Shown here piece after piece: positions 29,239 through 39,000 of a stretch of DNA of 64,000 nucleotides. How positions within the stretch are numbered: the first letter of the stretch is position 1; each line of letters begins with the position of its first letter. Origin of the DNA: a virus; IMG/VR virus record IMGVR_UViG_3300031525_000001, positions 96,001 to 160,000 of that record, one strand, 5' to 3'. The translations under genes were made by a program, and so were the position numbers. The notes beneath the pieces are model-generated. The model was not told where the DNA came from, ran no database searches, and saw only the letters and a list, made by a program, of their open reading frames with translations.

Positions 29239-29780
29239 TGAGTGAAAACATTGAGCGTGCAGAACTGGTAGTTGATTTAGAGGGAAAGTACAACTCGGCG
29301 GCAGAAGACAAGAAACCGGGCAAGCGTGTCGAAAGTTCCAAGCTGACGGAGATTCGGACAAAGATTGAAGACCCGAATGTAAGTCAGGCGGAACTCAGCA
29401 AACTCATTGCCCTCGAAATGGCGGCGATTCTGGATGGCATGAACGAGCATCTGGATAAACCGAATTCGGGTATTAAAGGGATGGACGCTAACATCGCCAT
29501 CAAGAGTCTCAGCGAGCAACTGAAGGGCGTTCGTGAACTCGGTCGTCAGATCATTGAGATGGACAACCAAGCGAAGCGTGACTTCATTAACTTCGACGGC
29601 GAGAAGTTCCAGTTTGTTGCAAGCCAGTGGATGCAGATGGGCGTTGCAGCCCTCCGTGCCATGGGCTGGGATGAACACACGGTTACCAGCTACGTCAAGC
29701 AGTTCCGTAGCCAGATCGAAATGAACGAACTCCGCATCCGCAAGGAAGCGGAAAACATCGGCACAAACAAACAGAAGTAA
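29238..29780 (+). CDS. Helical hypothetical protein
   Basis: 180 aa, TAATG-coupled, coiled-coil character. Confidence 0.75.
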   Translation: MSENIERAELVVDLEGKYNSAAEDKKPGKRVESSKLTEIRTKIEDPNVSQAELSKLIALEMAAILDGMNEHLDKPNSGIKGMDANIAIKSLSEQLKGVRELGRQIIEMDNQAKRDFINFDGEKFQFVASQWMQMGVAALRAMGWDEHTVTSYVKQFRSQIEMNELRIRKEAENIGTNKQK

Positions 29781-29801
29781 CGACGCAACAGAAGGGGAAC
29801 T

Positions 29802-30260
29802 GTGGGCACCACTGAGCAAGCTAAAGAACGTCGAGATTCCCGCCGAGCCGCTGGATTATGTGGTAAGTGCTCCAATCCAGCATTGCTCGGTAAAAGCCTG
29901 TGTGAGCTGCATCGGCAGCAAGACCGTAAGATAAACAAACGGTTTAGGGTCAATCAAAAACAGCGTGTGATCGCTGGCTATGGCGGAAAATGCCAGTGCG
30001 AAGGTGGGTGTGATGAATCGAGATTTGAGTTTTTGACGATAGATCATGTCAACAACGACGGTGCGGAACACCGTAGAAACCTCGGAAGTGGCGCAATCGG
30101 ACCCATGTTGTATAAGTACATTATCGATAACAATTTTCCCGAGGAGTATAGACTACTCTGCTGGAATTGCAATTGCGCTAAGGGACACTATGGTGAGTGT
30201 CCTCACGTAAATGAAAAGAATGCTGTCGCTGCGATGTCAGTTTCGGCAGGAGGAAAGTAA
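29802..30260 (+). CDS. HNH endonuclease
   Basis: YGGKCQC..C...FLTIDHVNNDG...LLCWNCNCAKG. Confidence 0.85.
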   Translation: MGTTEQAKERRDSRRAAGLCGKCSNPALLGKSLCELHRQQDRKINKRFRVNQKQRVIAGYGGKCQCEGGCDESRFEFLTIDHVNNDGAEHRRNLGSGAIGPMLYKYIIDNNFPEEYRLLCWNCNCAKGHYGECPHVNEKNAVAAMSVSAGGK

Positions 30261-30261
30261 C

Positions 30262-33200
30262 ATGGCACAAAGTGGAAACACCGTAGCTCTTAAATCGTTC
30301 CAGTCCTTCATGGTCAATGACGGATTGCTGAGCAAAACTGTCGAAGCTATCAAAGCTGGTGAGAAGGAAGCTCGCTCCACGGGTAATGTGCAGAGTTTCG
30401 AAGTTTTCTACAAGGGCTTTCGTCAGAACATTGCCATCGGTCGCATCTACATCGTCCCCCCATCCGTTGCCGACAAGAAGGGGCAAGACTTCCCGACCGC
30501 CCTGCTCTATGGTTGCCTTGTCCGCACCTTTGGTGGTGAGGAAATCGGCGACATGATCTCCCACAAAATCGGTGATACCGAATGGGATGAGTATTCTCAG
30601 GCGTCCTACGCATCGATCAAGAAAGAACTCTTCGGCACCGAAAACGACAAGTTCGCCGCCCTCATTTTGTTTGCCCCCAACTGGGTCAATAAGCGTGAGT
30701 ACATCGGCTTCCAGTTCCCGAAGGATGACAACGAGCTTGCGAACCTGACTCGTCACTTAGTCTTCAGTTCGTACTTCGACCCCCGTCTGTCCTCGGCATT
30801 CGATGCCCTGATGACCGATGTGGAGACCTCGAAGTTCGATGTCACGGACATCACGCCGAAGATGAACTTCCCCGCCTTGGCCGAGAATCCGCTGAAGGAA
30901 TTCCCACTGCTCACCAAGGAGGGTTCAAAGAAGAAAGCCCGCCTTGGGCTAACCATCAAGACCGCCGAAGAAGTCACCAAGGCCGTACTAGAGCCGCAGG
31001 AGATGGACGTGTTCGAATCTTTGGACACGGCTCTCCGCAACAGCCTCTTGCCAAACGATTCCAAGGGCGTTGAGGATGCTTCCGAGGGTAAGGCTCCGAC
31101 AAAGGGTGAAATGGTTCCACGTCTCTCATCCAAGAAGGGTTCCGCCAAGGTTGCTCATGGCTACATCGCGTTCTACGGCGGCAAGCGCATTGAGATTCAA
31201 GCCGACTCCCTCTATGGGGCGAAGTTGAAAGCCATCGAGATGCTGAAGGTTCCGAAGTCCAAACAGGGCTTGCTCGCGGTCGAGCTTGCCGAAAAGGACG
31301 GAGAACAGGTCACCACAACAATCACGTCGTCCGCCACTGCGGTATTCGAGACCCCGATTACAAACGTTGGTCCGGGTACTGAAGCCCATGACGAAGCCAA
31401 CCAGCGCACCGAAGGCTACAAGGATGAGAAGGACACGCCAAAGGTTGTCATCAACAGCGCACCGATTGGTATCGCTCTCGACGAGACTGGTGTACCCCGC
31501 CGTCCAGAGGAAGAGCGTAAGTCCGCCGCAAGCAGTTACTACCCTGCTTCCGCTGGTAAGGCTCAAACTGAAAACGCTGCGGTCGTGGAGAAACACGGTT
31601 ATACCCAATTTAATTCCAAGCCAGACGGAACTTCCTTTTGGAAGAGTCCTATCGGAACTACCGCTGTTCTATACCCAAACGGAAGCTGGATGCACACAGG
31701 CGGTAAGGGAGATGGGGCAAAGGCCCTTAGCGAGCTTCTCATAAGCTACCACCACGAGAGAGTGCCAAAGGTCAGCAAGTCAGCAGCGTATGGCGACCGT
31801 CGCGATTTTCGGAAGATCGATATCTTCGTTAGCGGCAAGTATGTCGCAAGCACGACATGGGCTAGTTCCATAAAGGAAGCAATCCAAAAATACGAGGAAA
31901 AGAACCCGGGCTCGTGGGCTGGTGAAGTTAAGGCTCAATTTGATAAGAAAGGCTCGGCTGATAAAACTGCCGTAGACTACAGCGGCAATTACCCCGAGGC
32001 AATCGGCGGTGGTTGGAATAAAGCGACGGCAGATGATCTGTCGAGCGGCTATTCCAAGCAGGTCGGCAACGGTTTGATGGATGAGACCCCCGACAAAGTA
32101 AAGGAACATTTGAAGAAAAATGTCAGTCAAGCCCGTCAGGGTCAGGATGCCCTGAAGGATCACAATGCATCATTTGACGCCGCCAAGTGGGGCGGACTGG
32201 GTGTGAAGCAGGCTTCCTCCCTGTGGGTAGGTTCCGCCAAGAAGGTTGCAGCCAATCTCGATGACTTCACTAGCCAGTACATTATAACCGCTCTATGGTC
32301 TTCGAATGATGAATCTGACCCCAGCGGCGGTGAGCCGTTGGATTCAAACTACGATATCCTCGATCTCGCACCGTCCTGCTTGCAGGCAATGACCGAAGAT
32401 TGCGCGGGCTTCCAAGCGGAGAATCAAGAGCTTCTGGCTGCGGCATCCGAACAAGATGGTCAGGACGCCGAGCGTCAAGGTCATGATTTCTGGCTCACCC
32501 GCTGCGGTCATGGTGCGGGCTACTGGGATGGCGATTATCCGACAACGGGCGATGGTTTGACTGAAGCCGCCAAGAAATGGGGTAGCGTTGATCTGTACGT
32601 CGGTGACGACGACATGATCTATCAGATGGGGGCAGAAGACCCGAGTTCGCGTGGTTACGGACAGAAGGGCGGGCCTGCAAAGGCTGGCTCGAAGATGGCT
32701 TCCAAGAAGACCGCCTCGCAAAATGATGCATCATACATCGCCAGCTTGATCGGCGGCGGGGTGCATAGTGAAGATTATGACGCTCGTTCGCAGCACTCCA
32801 GAACGGCGGCACAGAAGCGCGAAGACGAGATGGCTCGCAAGTATTCCTCTCAGCGTAAAAAGTTTGCCGACGTTCCTCAGGACATCGAAGACATTTGGTC
32901 TGAGACGATGGAAGACATGGGGCCAGCACCCGAGATCAGACTCCCGGGCGAGAGTGAGGACAACGAAAAGTCCACCACAGGGGAGCACGAGATCGAGGCT
33001 CCAGAGATGGGCGCGGATTCGAGAAGCGACGTTCCTGAGCAGGTCAAGGGCGATCAGGAAGAGCCGACCGTAAAGGTTGAAGAGGCTCTTGAGAACGACA
33101 CCACCAAGTCCGAAGAGGACGAGCCCAGCACGGGCGATGGTGGAGCGTCGGCGGACAGCGGTGAAACAAAGTCCGAAAAGAAGTCCGAGGGTGGTTCCCA

Positions 33201-36045
33201 GTCCGAATGGGCGAAGAACCGCAGCAAGGGTAAGTCCGAGAAGAAGGACGAGTCCGAAGAGTCTGAGGAAGAGCCGAAGGAAGAGGAGTCCAAAACGGCT
33301 GCTCGGCCCGGTGCCCGTCCTGCCAGACAGCGTGTCCGTTGCGATCAGTGCGAGATGTTGAGCATCAATGGCACGGCGACTCACGAGACAGGCTGCCCAA
33401 ACCAGAATTCCCGCTGGGATGCTGACCGACAGGATTGGGTAAAGCAGCGTCGTTGCGGCGAATGCGGCATGGACGTTGACGCCGATGATCCGTGTTGTTC
33501 TGCGGAACCTGACTTCGACAACGGTTACGACGAAAACGATGAGCATTTTGGTGGGCTCGATGCTATCCTCGCTGACGACACCGATGCAGTAATGGAGCAG
33601 GCGGAAGAAGCCGCAACAGCAGCCCCCGCTGTGTTCTATGAGTGCGGAGCCTGCGGCGGCGTGCACCCGTCCTTGGAGACTTCCGAAAGGCTCGGTCTCG
33701 GTTGGAACGGTGATTGTCGTGATGAGGTTGGTCACTTCGAAGACAGCGACGTTCCTTACGGAGACAACACTCAGTTCGTCACCTTGGAAGAGCAGATGGC
33801 TCCAGACTTCGATGACGCGATTCTGGCGTCTAAGACTGCGGACTATGCCGAGGGCGACCTTGAAACTTACTTCGACGAAGGAAAGACGGCGGATTACGCC
33901 GAGGGCGATCTCGAAACCTACTTCGATGAGGGGAAGACGGCAGACTACGCCGAAGATGATTTTGCATCTTACTTCGGAGAGGAAAAATCGGCGGGACGTT
34001 CCACCACACCGAAGTACGTCATTCGTATTCCGGGTTCGACCGATGCCGCATGGAACGTGAGCGGTTACGGACAACAGCGTGGTGCGGGCCAGCCAAACCA
34101 AGCGAACCTCGCACGGTACATGGAAGCTCTCTTGAAGAGCATGGAACCGGGCGGGCACAACGAGCATTTGGTGGGTCATTTCGACCCATCCGAAGCTGCG
34201 GTTTATCGCAACGACGGCACCTACAAGAACCCGTTGGCTACATGGTCGAAGGGTGAAGCGAAGCAGGGTGCGGATGTCTCGGGCGATTTCTCGGAAGCGC
34301 ATTCCGAGGTTGACAGCCCAGACACCGTGGATCAGGACATCAAGCAGCCGACCGAATCGGTAGGCGAAGCTGGTAAGAGAAAGAACGCTGATGTGGCGGA
34401 AGAAACCAAGGAAGAGCGGGCGAAACGTCTGGAAGATCAGCGTCAGCGCGATGCTCGTGAACTGACACGTCGCAAGGCGGCTGACATCTCGGGGGACATC
34501 TCTGAGGCTAAGTCGAACACGGAAAGCCCTGACGGGGTGGACGCCGACATTAAGCAGCCTACGGTTTCGGTTCCCGAAGCGGCACGCAAGAACGCTAAGG
34601 TGGGATTCACGTTCAATGGACAGCACCGTGAAGCTGCCTTTAGCGATCTCACACAAGCGGGGAAGTTCATAGCGGTAGCCTCGGCCAAATTTGGAAAATT
34701 GGCTAGTGACTGGACGATAACCGCAGCCGATGACGATGATGCGGCGGAAGATCAGTCCGTTGATTCGAAGAAGCCCGATGACGCTGAAGCTGACGAACCA
34801 GCCGAAGCTGCAAAGCCTGCGGATTCGAAGAAGCCTGATGAGACGAAGGGCAAGAACAAGCCCGCCGTTACTCCTCCCGCGAAGGCTGAAGCACCAGCGG
34901 CAGCACCAGCAGCACCCGCAGCGGCGGCGGTTCCAGCGGCGGCACCAGCCGTAGCAGCGCCAGCAGATGGTGCAGGTGGTAATGGAACCTCGGAAACTTC
35001 TGGTAACGAAACATCGACTGAAACTGGCGGTTCAAGTCCGGGTGGTGCATCAACTGGCGGCGTAGGTAGCGGCATGGGTGGTGCAGGTACAGGCGGGGCT
35101 GGCACAGGCGGTGCCGCGACTAGCACGGGAACAGGCGGGGCTGGCACGGGTGGAACTGTGAGCATTGCACCAACGAGCACAAACTCAGCGGGTGGTGACG
35201 AAGGCGGCGGTGAAGACGGCAGCGTACAAGCTGCTGGTCAACCTGCTGGTGGGGCACAACCTAAAACCCCGACCATCATCATCTACAACGGCGGCACGGG
35301 CGGTGCATCTACCGTCGATACGGATAGCGGTTCGGGTCCGGGCGGCGATGGGCCGGGTTCTGATGGAACTGGCGGCACGGGCGAAGGCTCTGGCGGCGGT
35401 GGAGGCGGCGGGGGTGGACGTGGAACTCCGCGCAACCCTGAACAGGCAGCGGATGCCGTTTCTCCGGGAGTTGACAGCGACAATCGTCAACAAGGTGACT
35501 TGGCAGAACCACAGGGCAACCAGTCAAAGGGTAAGCCTTTGGCAACGAAGCCTGAAGGACAAGACGATCAGTTAAAGGGCAATGATAAGCCCGAGCTACG
35601 CGGTGACGCGCCTGTGGAGCCTCAGGAGCCACAGCCTCCACACGAAGACGCAGCAGACGACACGAAAGAAGCTGCCGCAGGAATGCCAGCCGAAGTCGGG
35701 GAATTCCCGTATGTCGAGACGCTGGTAGGTATGGGTTGGAGCGACGAGGGCGAACCGGGGCATTTCATGCTCGGCGATAGCCGTGTCGAAGTCCTGACGT
35801 ACACCGATGGCTACGAAGTATACGTAGACGGCGAACTGTACGAATCAGGCGACAACGTGGATGAACTCCAGAACACACTGGAACTCGTTGCCGAACTCGG
35901 TGTGGATGCGTTGAATGCACATCAGGCCTCAGATGACAAAACAGCATGTGCGGGCTACGGTGACGAAGAAGATGAAGAGCGTCCAATCGATCTCGGTATC
36001 GGCGATCTAGCGGACTTGGTTGTGGAGAAGGAAGATGCCCATTAA
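30262..36045 (+). CDS. Giant mosaic protein (about 1927 aa); candidate polyprotein
   Basis: ATG at 30262 after AGGAGG. It has a globular N-terminus, then many modules flanked by K-x-A, acidic and Gly/Thr low-complexity tracts, and internal repeats. Confidence 0.9.
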   Translation: MAQSGNTVALKSFQSFMVNDGLLSKTVEAIKAGEKEARSTGNVQSFEVFYKGFRQNIAIGRIYIVPPSVADKKGQDFPTALLYGCLVRTFGGEEIGDMISHKIGDTEWDEYSQASYASIKKELFGTENDKFAALILFAPNWVNKREYIGFQFPKDDNELANLTRHLVFSSYFDPRLSSAFDALMTDVETSKFDVTDITPKMNFPALAENPLKEFPLLTKEGSKKKARLGLTIKTAEEVTKAVLEPQEMDVFESLDTALRNSLLPNDSKGVEDASEGKAPTKGEMVPRLSSKKGSAKVAHGYIAFYGGKRIEIQADSLYGAKLKAIEMLKVPKSKQGLLAVELAEKDGEQVTTTITSSATAVFETPITNVGPGTEAHDEANQRTEGYKDEKDTPKVVINSAPIGIALDETGVPRRPEEERKSAASSYYPASAGKAQTENAAVVEKHGYTQFNSKPDGTSFWKSPIGTTAVLYPNGSWMHTGGKGDGAKALSELLISYHHERVPKVSKSAAYGDRRDFRKIDIFVSGKYVASTTWASSIKEAIQKYEEKNPGSWAGEVKAQFDKKGSADKTAVDYSGNYPEAIGGGWNKATADDLSSGYSKQVGNGLMDETPDKVKEHLKKNVSQARQGQDALKDHNASFDAAKWGGLGVKQASSLWVGSAKKVAANLDDFTSQYIITALWSSNDESDPSGGEPLDSNYDILDLAPSCLQAMTEDCAGFQAENQELLAAASEQDGQDAERQGHDFWLTRCGHGAGYWDGDYPTTGDGLTEAAKKWGSVDLYVGDDDMIYQMGAEDPSSRGYGQKGGPAKAGSKMASKKTASQNDASYIASLIGGGVHSEDYDARSQHSRTAAQKREDEMARKYSSQRKKFADVPQDIEDIWSETMEDMGPAPEIRLPGESEDNEKSTTGEHEIEAPEMGADSRSDVPEQVKGDQEEPTVKVEEALENDTTKSEEDEPSTGDGGASADSGETKSEKKSEGGSQSEWAKNRSKGKSEKKDESEESEEEPKEEESKTAARPGARPARQRVRCDQCEMLSINGTATHETGCPNQNSRWDADRQDWVKQRRCGECGMDVDADDPCCSAEPDFDNGYDENDEHFGGLDAILADDTDAVMEQAEEAATAAPAVFYECGACGGVHPSLETSERLGLGWNGDCRDEVGHFEDSDVPYGDNTQFVTLEEQMAPDFDDAILASKTADYAEGDLETYFDEGKTADYAEGDLETYFDEGKTADYAEDDFASYFGEEKSAGRSTTPKYVIRIPGSTDAAWNVSGYGQQRGAGQPNQANLARYMEALLKSMEPGGHNEHLVGHFDPSEAAVYRNDGTYKNPLATWSKGEAKQGADVSGDFSEAHSEVDSPDTVDQDIKQPTESVGEAGKRKNADVAEETKEERAKRLEDQRQRDARELTRRKAADISGDISEAKSNTESPDGVDADIKQPTVSVPEAARKNAKVGFTFNGQHREAAFSDLTQAGKFIAVASAKFGKLASDWTITAADDDDAAEDQSVDSKKPDDAEADEPAEAAKPADSKKPDETKGKNKPAVTPPAKAEAPAAAPAAPAAAAVPAAAPAVAAPADGAGGNGTSETSGNETSTETGGSSPGGASTGGVGSGMGGAGTGGAGTGGAATSTGTGGAGTGGTVSIAPTSTNSAGGDEGGGEDGSVQAAGQPAGGAQPKTPTIIIYNGGTGGASTVDTDSGSGPGGDGPGSDGTGGTGEGSGGGGGGGGGRGTPRNPEQAADAVSPGVDSDNRQQGDLAEPQGNQSKGKPLATKPEGQDDQLKGNDKPELRGDAPVEPQEPQPPHEDAADDTKEAAAGMPAEVGEFPYVETLVGMGWSDEGEPGHFMLGDSRVEVLTYTDGYEVYVDGELYESGDNVDELQNTLELVAELGVDALNAHQASDDKTACAGYGDEEDEERPIDLGIGDLADLVVEKEDAH
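33832..33984 (+). repeat. 3 x 51-nt (17-aa) coding tandem repeat KTADYAEGDLETYFDEG
   Basis: Units at 33832, 33883 and 33934. Units 1 and 2 are identical in protein but differ at 9 synonymous sites. Confidence 0.95.
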
Positions 36046-39000
36046 GATCGATGACTTGCACGCCGCTGCCGCTCGTATGGCGGCGGACATCATGCACAGC
36101 GACAATGATCTGTCTCAGAAGCTCGAAACGGCGACCCCCGCAGCGGCGGAAGCTGGACCGAGCCACGATGAGTTGGTTGAGAATTCCCACAGCGAAAGCG
36201 GAGTTGGCGTAATCGACGGTGAAATCCGTCCGCCTGAACGTCAGAACGTCTCTGCCGTCAAGGATGCCATTGAAGCTCAAGCCGAGATGGAAATCGGTAA
36301 GACCATCGGAGAAAAAGAAGAAGAGATGGAGGCTCGTGGCGACGGTCCTTACGGTGACAAAGAAGTCAAGGACACCGCAGGCGCGACCGAAGTTACCGCC
36401 AAGCCGGGAACTCAAATCATCATCAACGTTGCGGGCAAGAAACAGGCTGCCCGAGAGTTCGTTGTAAAGCACACGACCGTAAACGACTCCCGTGGTCCGA
36501 AGACAGGCTGGTGGATTTTCGAAGATGGTCGGCCTTCGGGTATGCGTGCTACGCAAGAGGAAGCAGTGCAAGCTGCCGAGGCTACCGCACAACTCCGCAT
36601 AGTTAATGGGCAGGTCGCCCCAGTTCGTGTTGAAGCAGGTCAGAAAGAGCAACCCATCGGTGGTGAGAAGCAGCACCCAAGGGAAAACACCTCAGCCAAC
36701 GGTATGTTCGGCGGTACGAACTTGTCGGCAACCCCGAATTTTGAGAAGCACTCCGAAGAGGGTGCCCCCGATCCTGACACGGTTGCCCGTGTTCGTGGTC
36801 AGTACACATCCGGCATGGGGCGTAAATCCTGCATGGAGCACTTCAAGATCACGGAACAGCAGCTTGATGACATCCTGAGCGGGAAGTATGGCAAGGGAAA
36901 GTTCGCCTCGTATCACGAAGTTAAAGCAGCCTTCCTCAAGAAGGGTAGCTTCCTGACGATTGATGAGGTCAAGAAAGCAGGACAGGAATACCTGCACATG
37001 ATCCGCACCGCTGCGATTAGCGTGGCACAAGGTCAGGACGAGCAAGGGTTCCACATGCTGCTGAGCATGAACGGGCGTGAGTACGTCCTTCGTGGGGCGG
37101 ATGCGGACAGTTTCCGTAAAGAGTATGCCGCGATTCCAAAGCCCGAAGCGGCTGTCAACAAGCTCGTTGAAAAGTATTTGTGGAAAATGCAGCCGTACCA
37201 GAAACAGACCATTCAGCACCCACCGTCCGAGACGAAGCAGGACCCGAACAGTCAGGCACTTCGCCGCCAGCGGTCGGAAGGGTTGGCGGATGCGGATGCT
37301 TATTGGGCAGGCAAGGAAAAGCAGCCGAACGATTACAAGCGGTACATGACGCAGCACGCTTCCGCGAAGATCGCCGCAACATCATACGCGGAGTACCAGA
37401 AGTTGGTACAGGAGCGCAACCAGATTATCTCTCAGAATCGTAGCCGCCAGATGAAGGGTCAACCACCCGTGCCAGTGCCACCGAAGCCAGAGGTGCCGAT
37501 GGTTCCAGTGGCGTATGCTGCGGATGGGACGTATGAGGGTCGGCTACAGGACCCAGCGGATTGCCCACCGGGTTGCACCGTAAAGTGGGAGCCTTCCAAG
37601 GGAGCCAGTATGATGACCTTGGCTAAGCTGGCGGCTGATTATTTCGGCTACGATGATTGGATCACAGGGCACACCGCTCTGATGATTAACAATGATTCGG
37701 CGGGACTTACGACGCTGCACAATTTGGTCCGCAGTGCCCTGAAGAACAAGAAGACTCCGAAGATGTTGGCGGGTCAGCTTGCGAAGTTCTTCAAGAAGTT
37801 CGGCGACCAGAGCAAGAAGTTCTACGCGGAGAACGCCGACAATGCTCGGGGCGAGCGTGGTAAGCACGAGCGTGAGCAACTCGAAGGCGTGGTTAAAGCG
37901 CCAAGCGGCGACAAGGCCCGTGATTTCGTCGATAACCTGACGAACATGTGGTACGACGCGGGTGGGCAGAGTGACTGGGAGCAGCCAGCGGGTGAAGTTA
38001 ACTGGGAGGAGATCGCCTCTGCGGAGATGGAGTCCGAGCGTGCGGAGAACCCAGACAAGTACCCGAAGACAAACAAGGAAGACGACAAATTCATGGAAGG
38101 TGTGGGGATGAAGATGGAATCACTCAGGACAGCAACGGCAGTATTAGCAAGAGTCGCCGCTATGAGCGTGGGTGACAAACATCAGCTTCGCATCGCAATC
38201 GACTCTCTCAAAATGAACCCCGCTATGCTGGGCGTCATGGGGGGACCTGACAAAGAACAAGCTTTGGAAATCTTAGCTAGGCACGGTTTACGCTGGGACG
38301 AAGCAGGAGGTAAGGCTGTGAAAGCAAACGATAAGAAGGCCGCTGCTGGTTGCGACTGGCAGACCGAATACGGAATGGGTGCTGGCGATGCCCGCTGTGG
38401 ACAGCCGACCACGGGTAATTCTCCGTGGTGTGCCGAACACATTCAGGAAGCCAAAGACAACTACCCGCAGCACGCCCTCCCGACCAAGAATGGTGGGGAA
38501 GGTGCGGCTAAGACCCCAGAAGAGATCGAAAAGGAAGCAGGCTTCAATTTCTTCTTCCCGGGTCAGGTACTTCGTGAGGTTGCCCCCGAGATGCAACATG
38601 AACTCGTGGACTATCCAAACCAGACCAACACCCCAATGCAGTATCCTGACATCGTTGGTGACGGGGAAGAGGTTCCAGAAGAGATGGCTCTTGCAGCCGC
38701 TCTCGAAGGCGCTATGGATACAACCATCATCGCTTACGTCAGCACCAGCCCCGCCGCTGCCGCAGGTATCGGTCGTGACGGCAAGACTGAAGTGCTCGAA
38801 GGGGCCCCGCTCCGCAAGGAAAACGACATCCGTGGTATGATGTTCACGGACGAGTTTTACGGTCAGCAAGAGGGCGTCCCGGGTGCGGCATTCGCAAGCA
38901 CCAAGGCCGCAGGTGGATTCGCCCGTCCGGGTTCGGCGTTCAAGTTCCTGAAGAGTCTCAAGCTGGGCAAGACGGCAGGTGCCGACGAAGCCAAGCAGTT

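Noticed and set aside
29238-29780. Terminase small subunit
   Set aside because: It is helical and of suitable size, but has no recognisable motif and is 11 kb from terL; left as hypothetical.
33832-33984. CRISPR array
   Set aside because: The repeats are in-frame coding units with synonymous variation and no spacers; there are no cas genes.
34960-35450. Collagen-like or other defined repeat in the Gly/Thr-rich tract
   Set aside because: There is no G-X-Y periodicity; it is an irregular low-complexity spacer.
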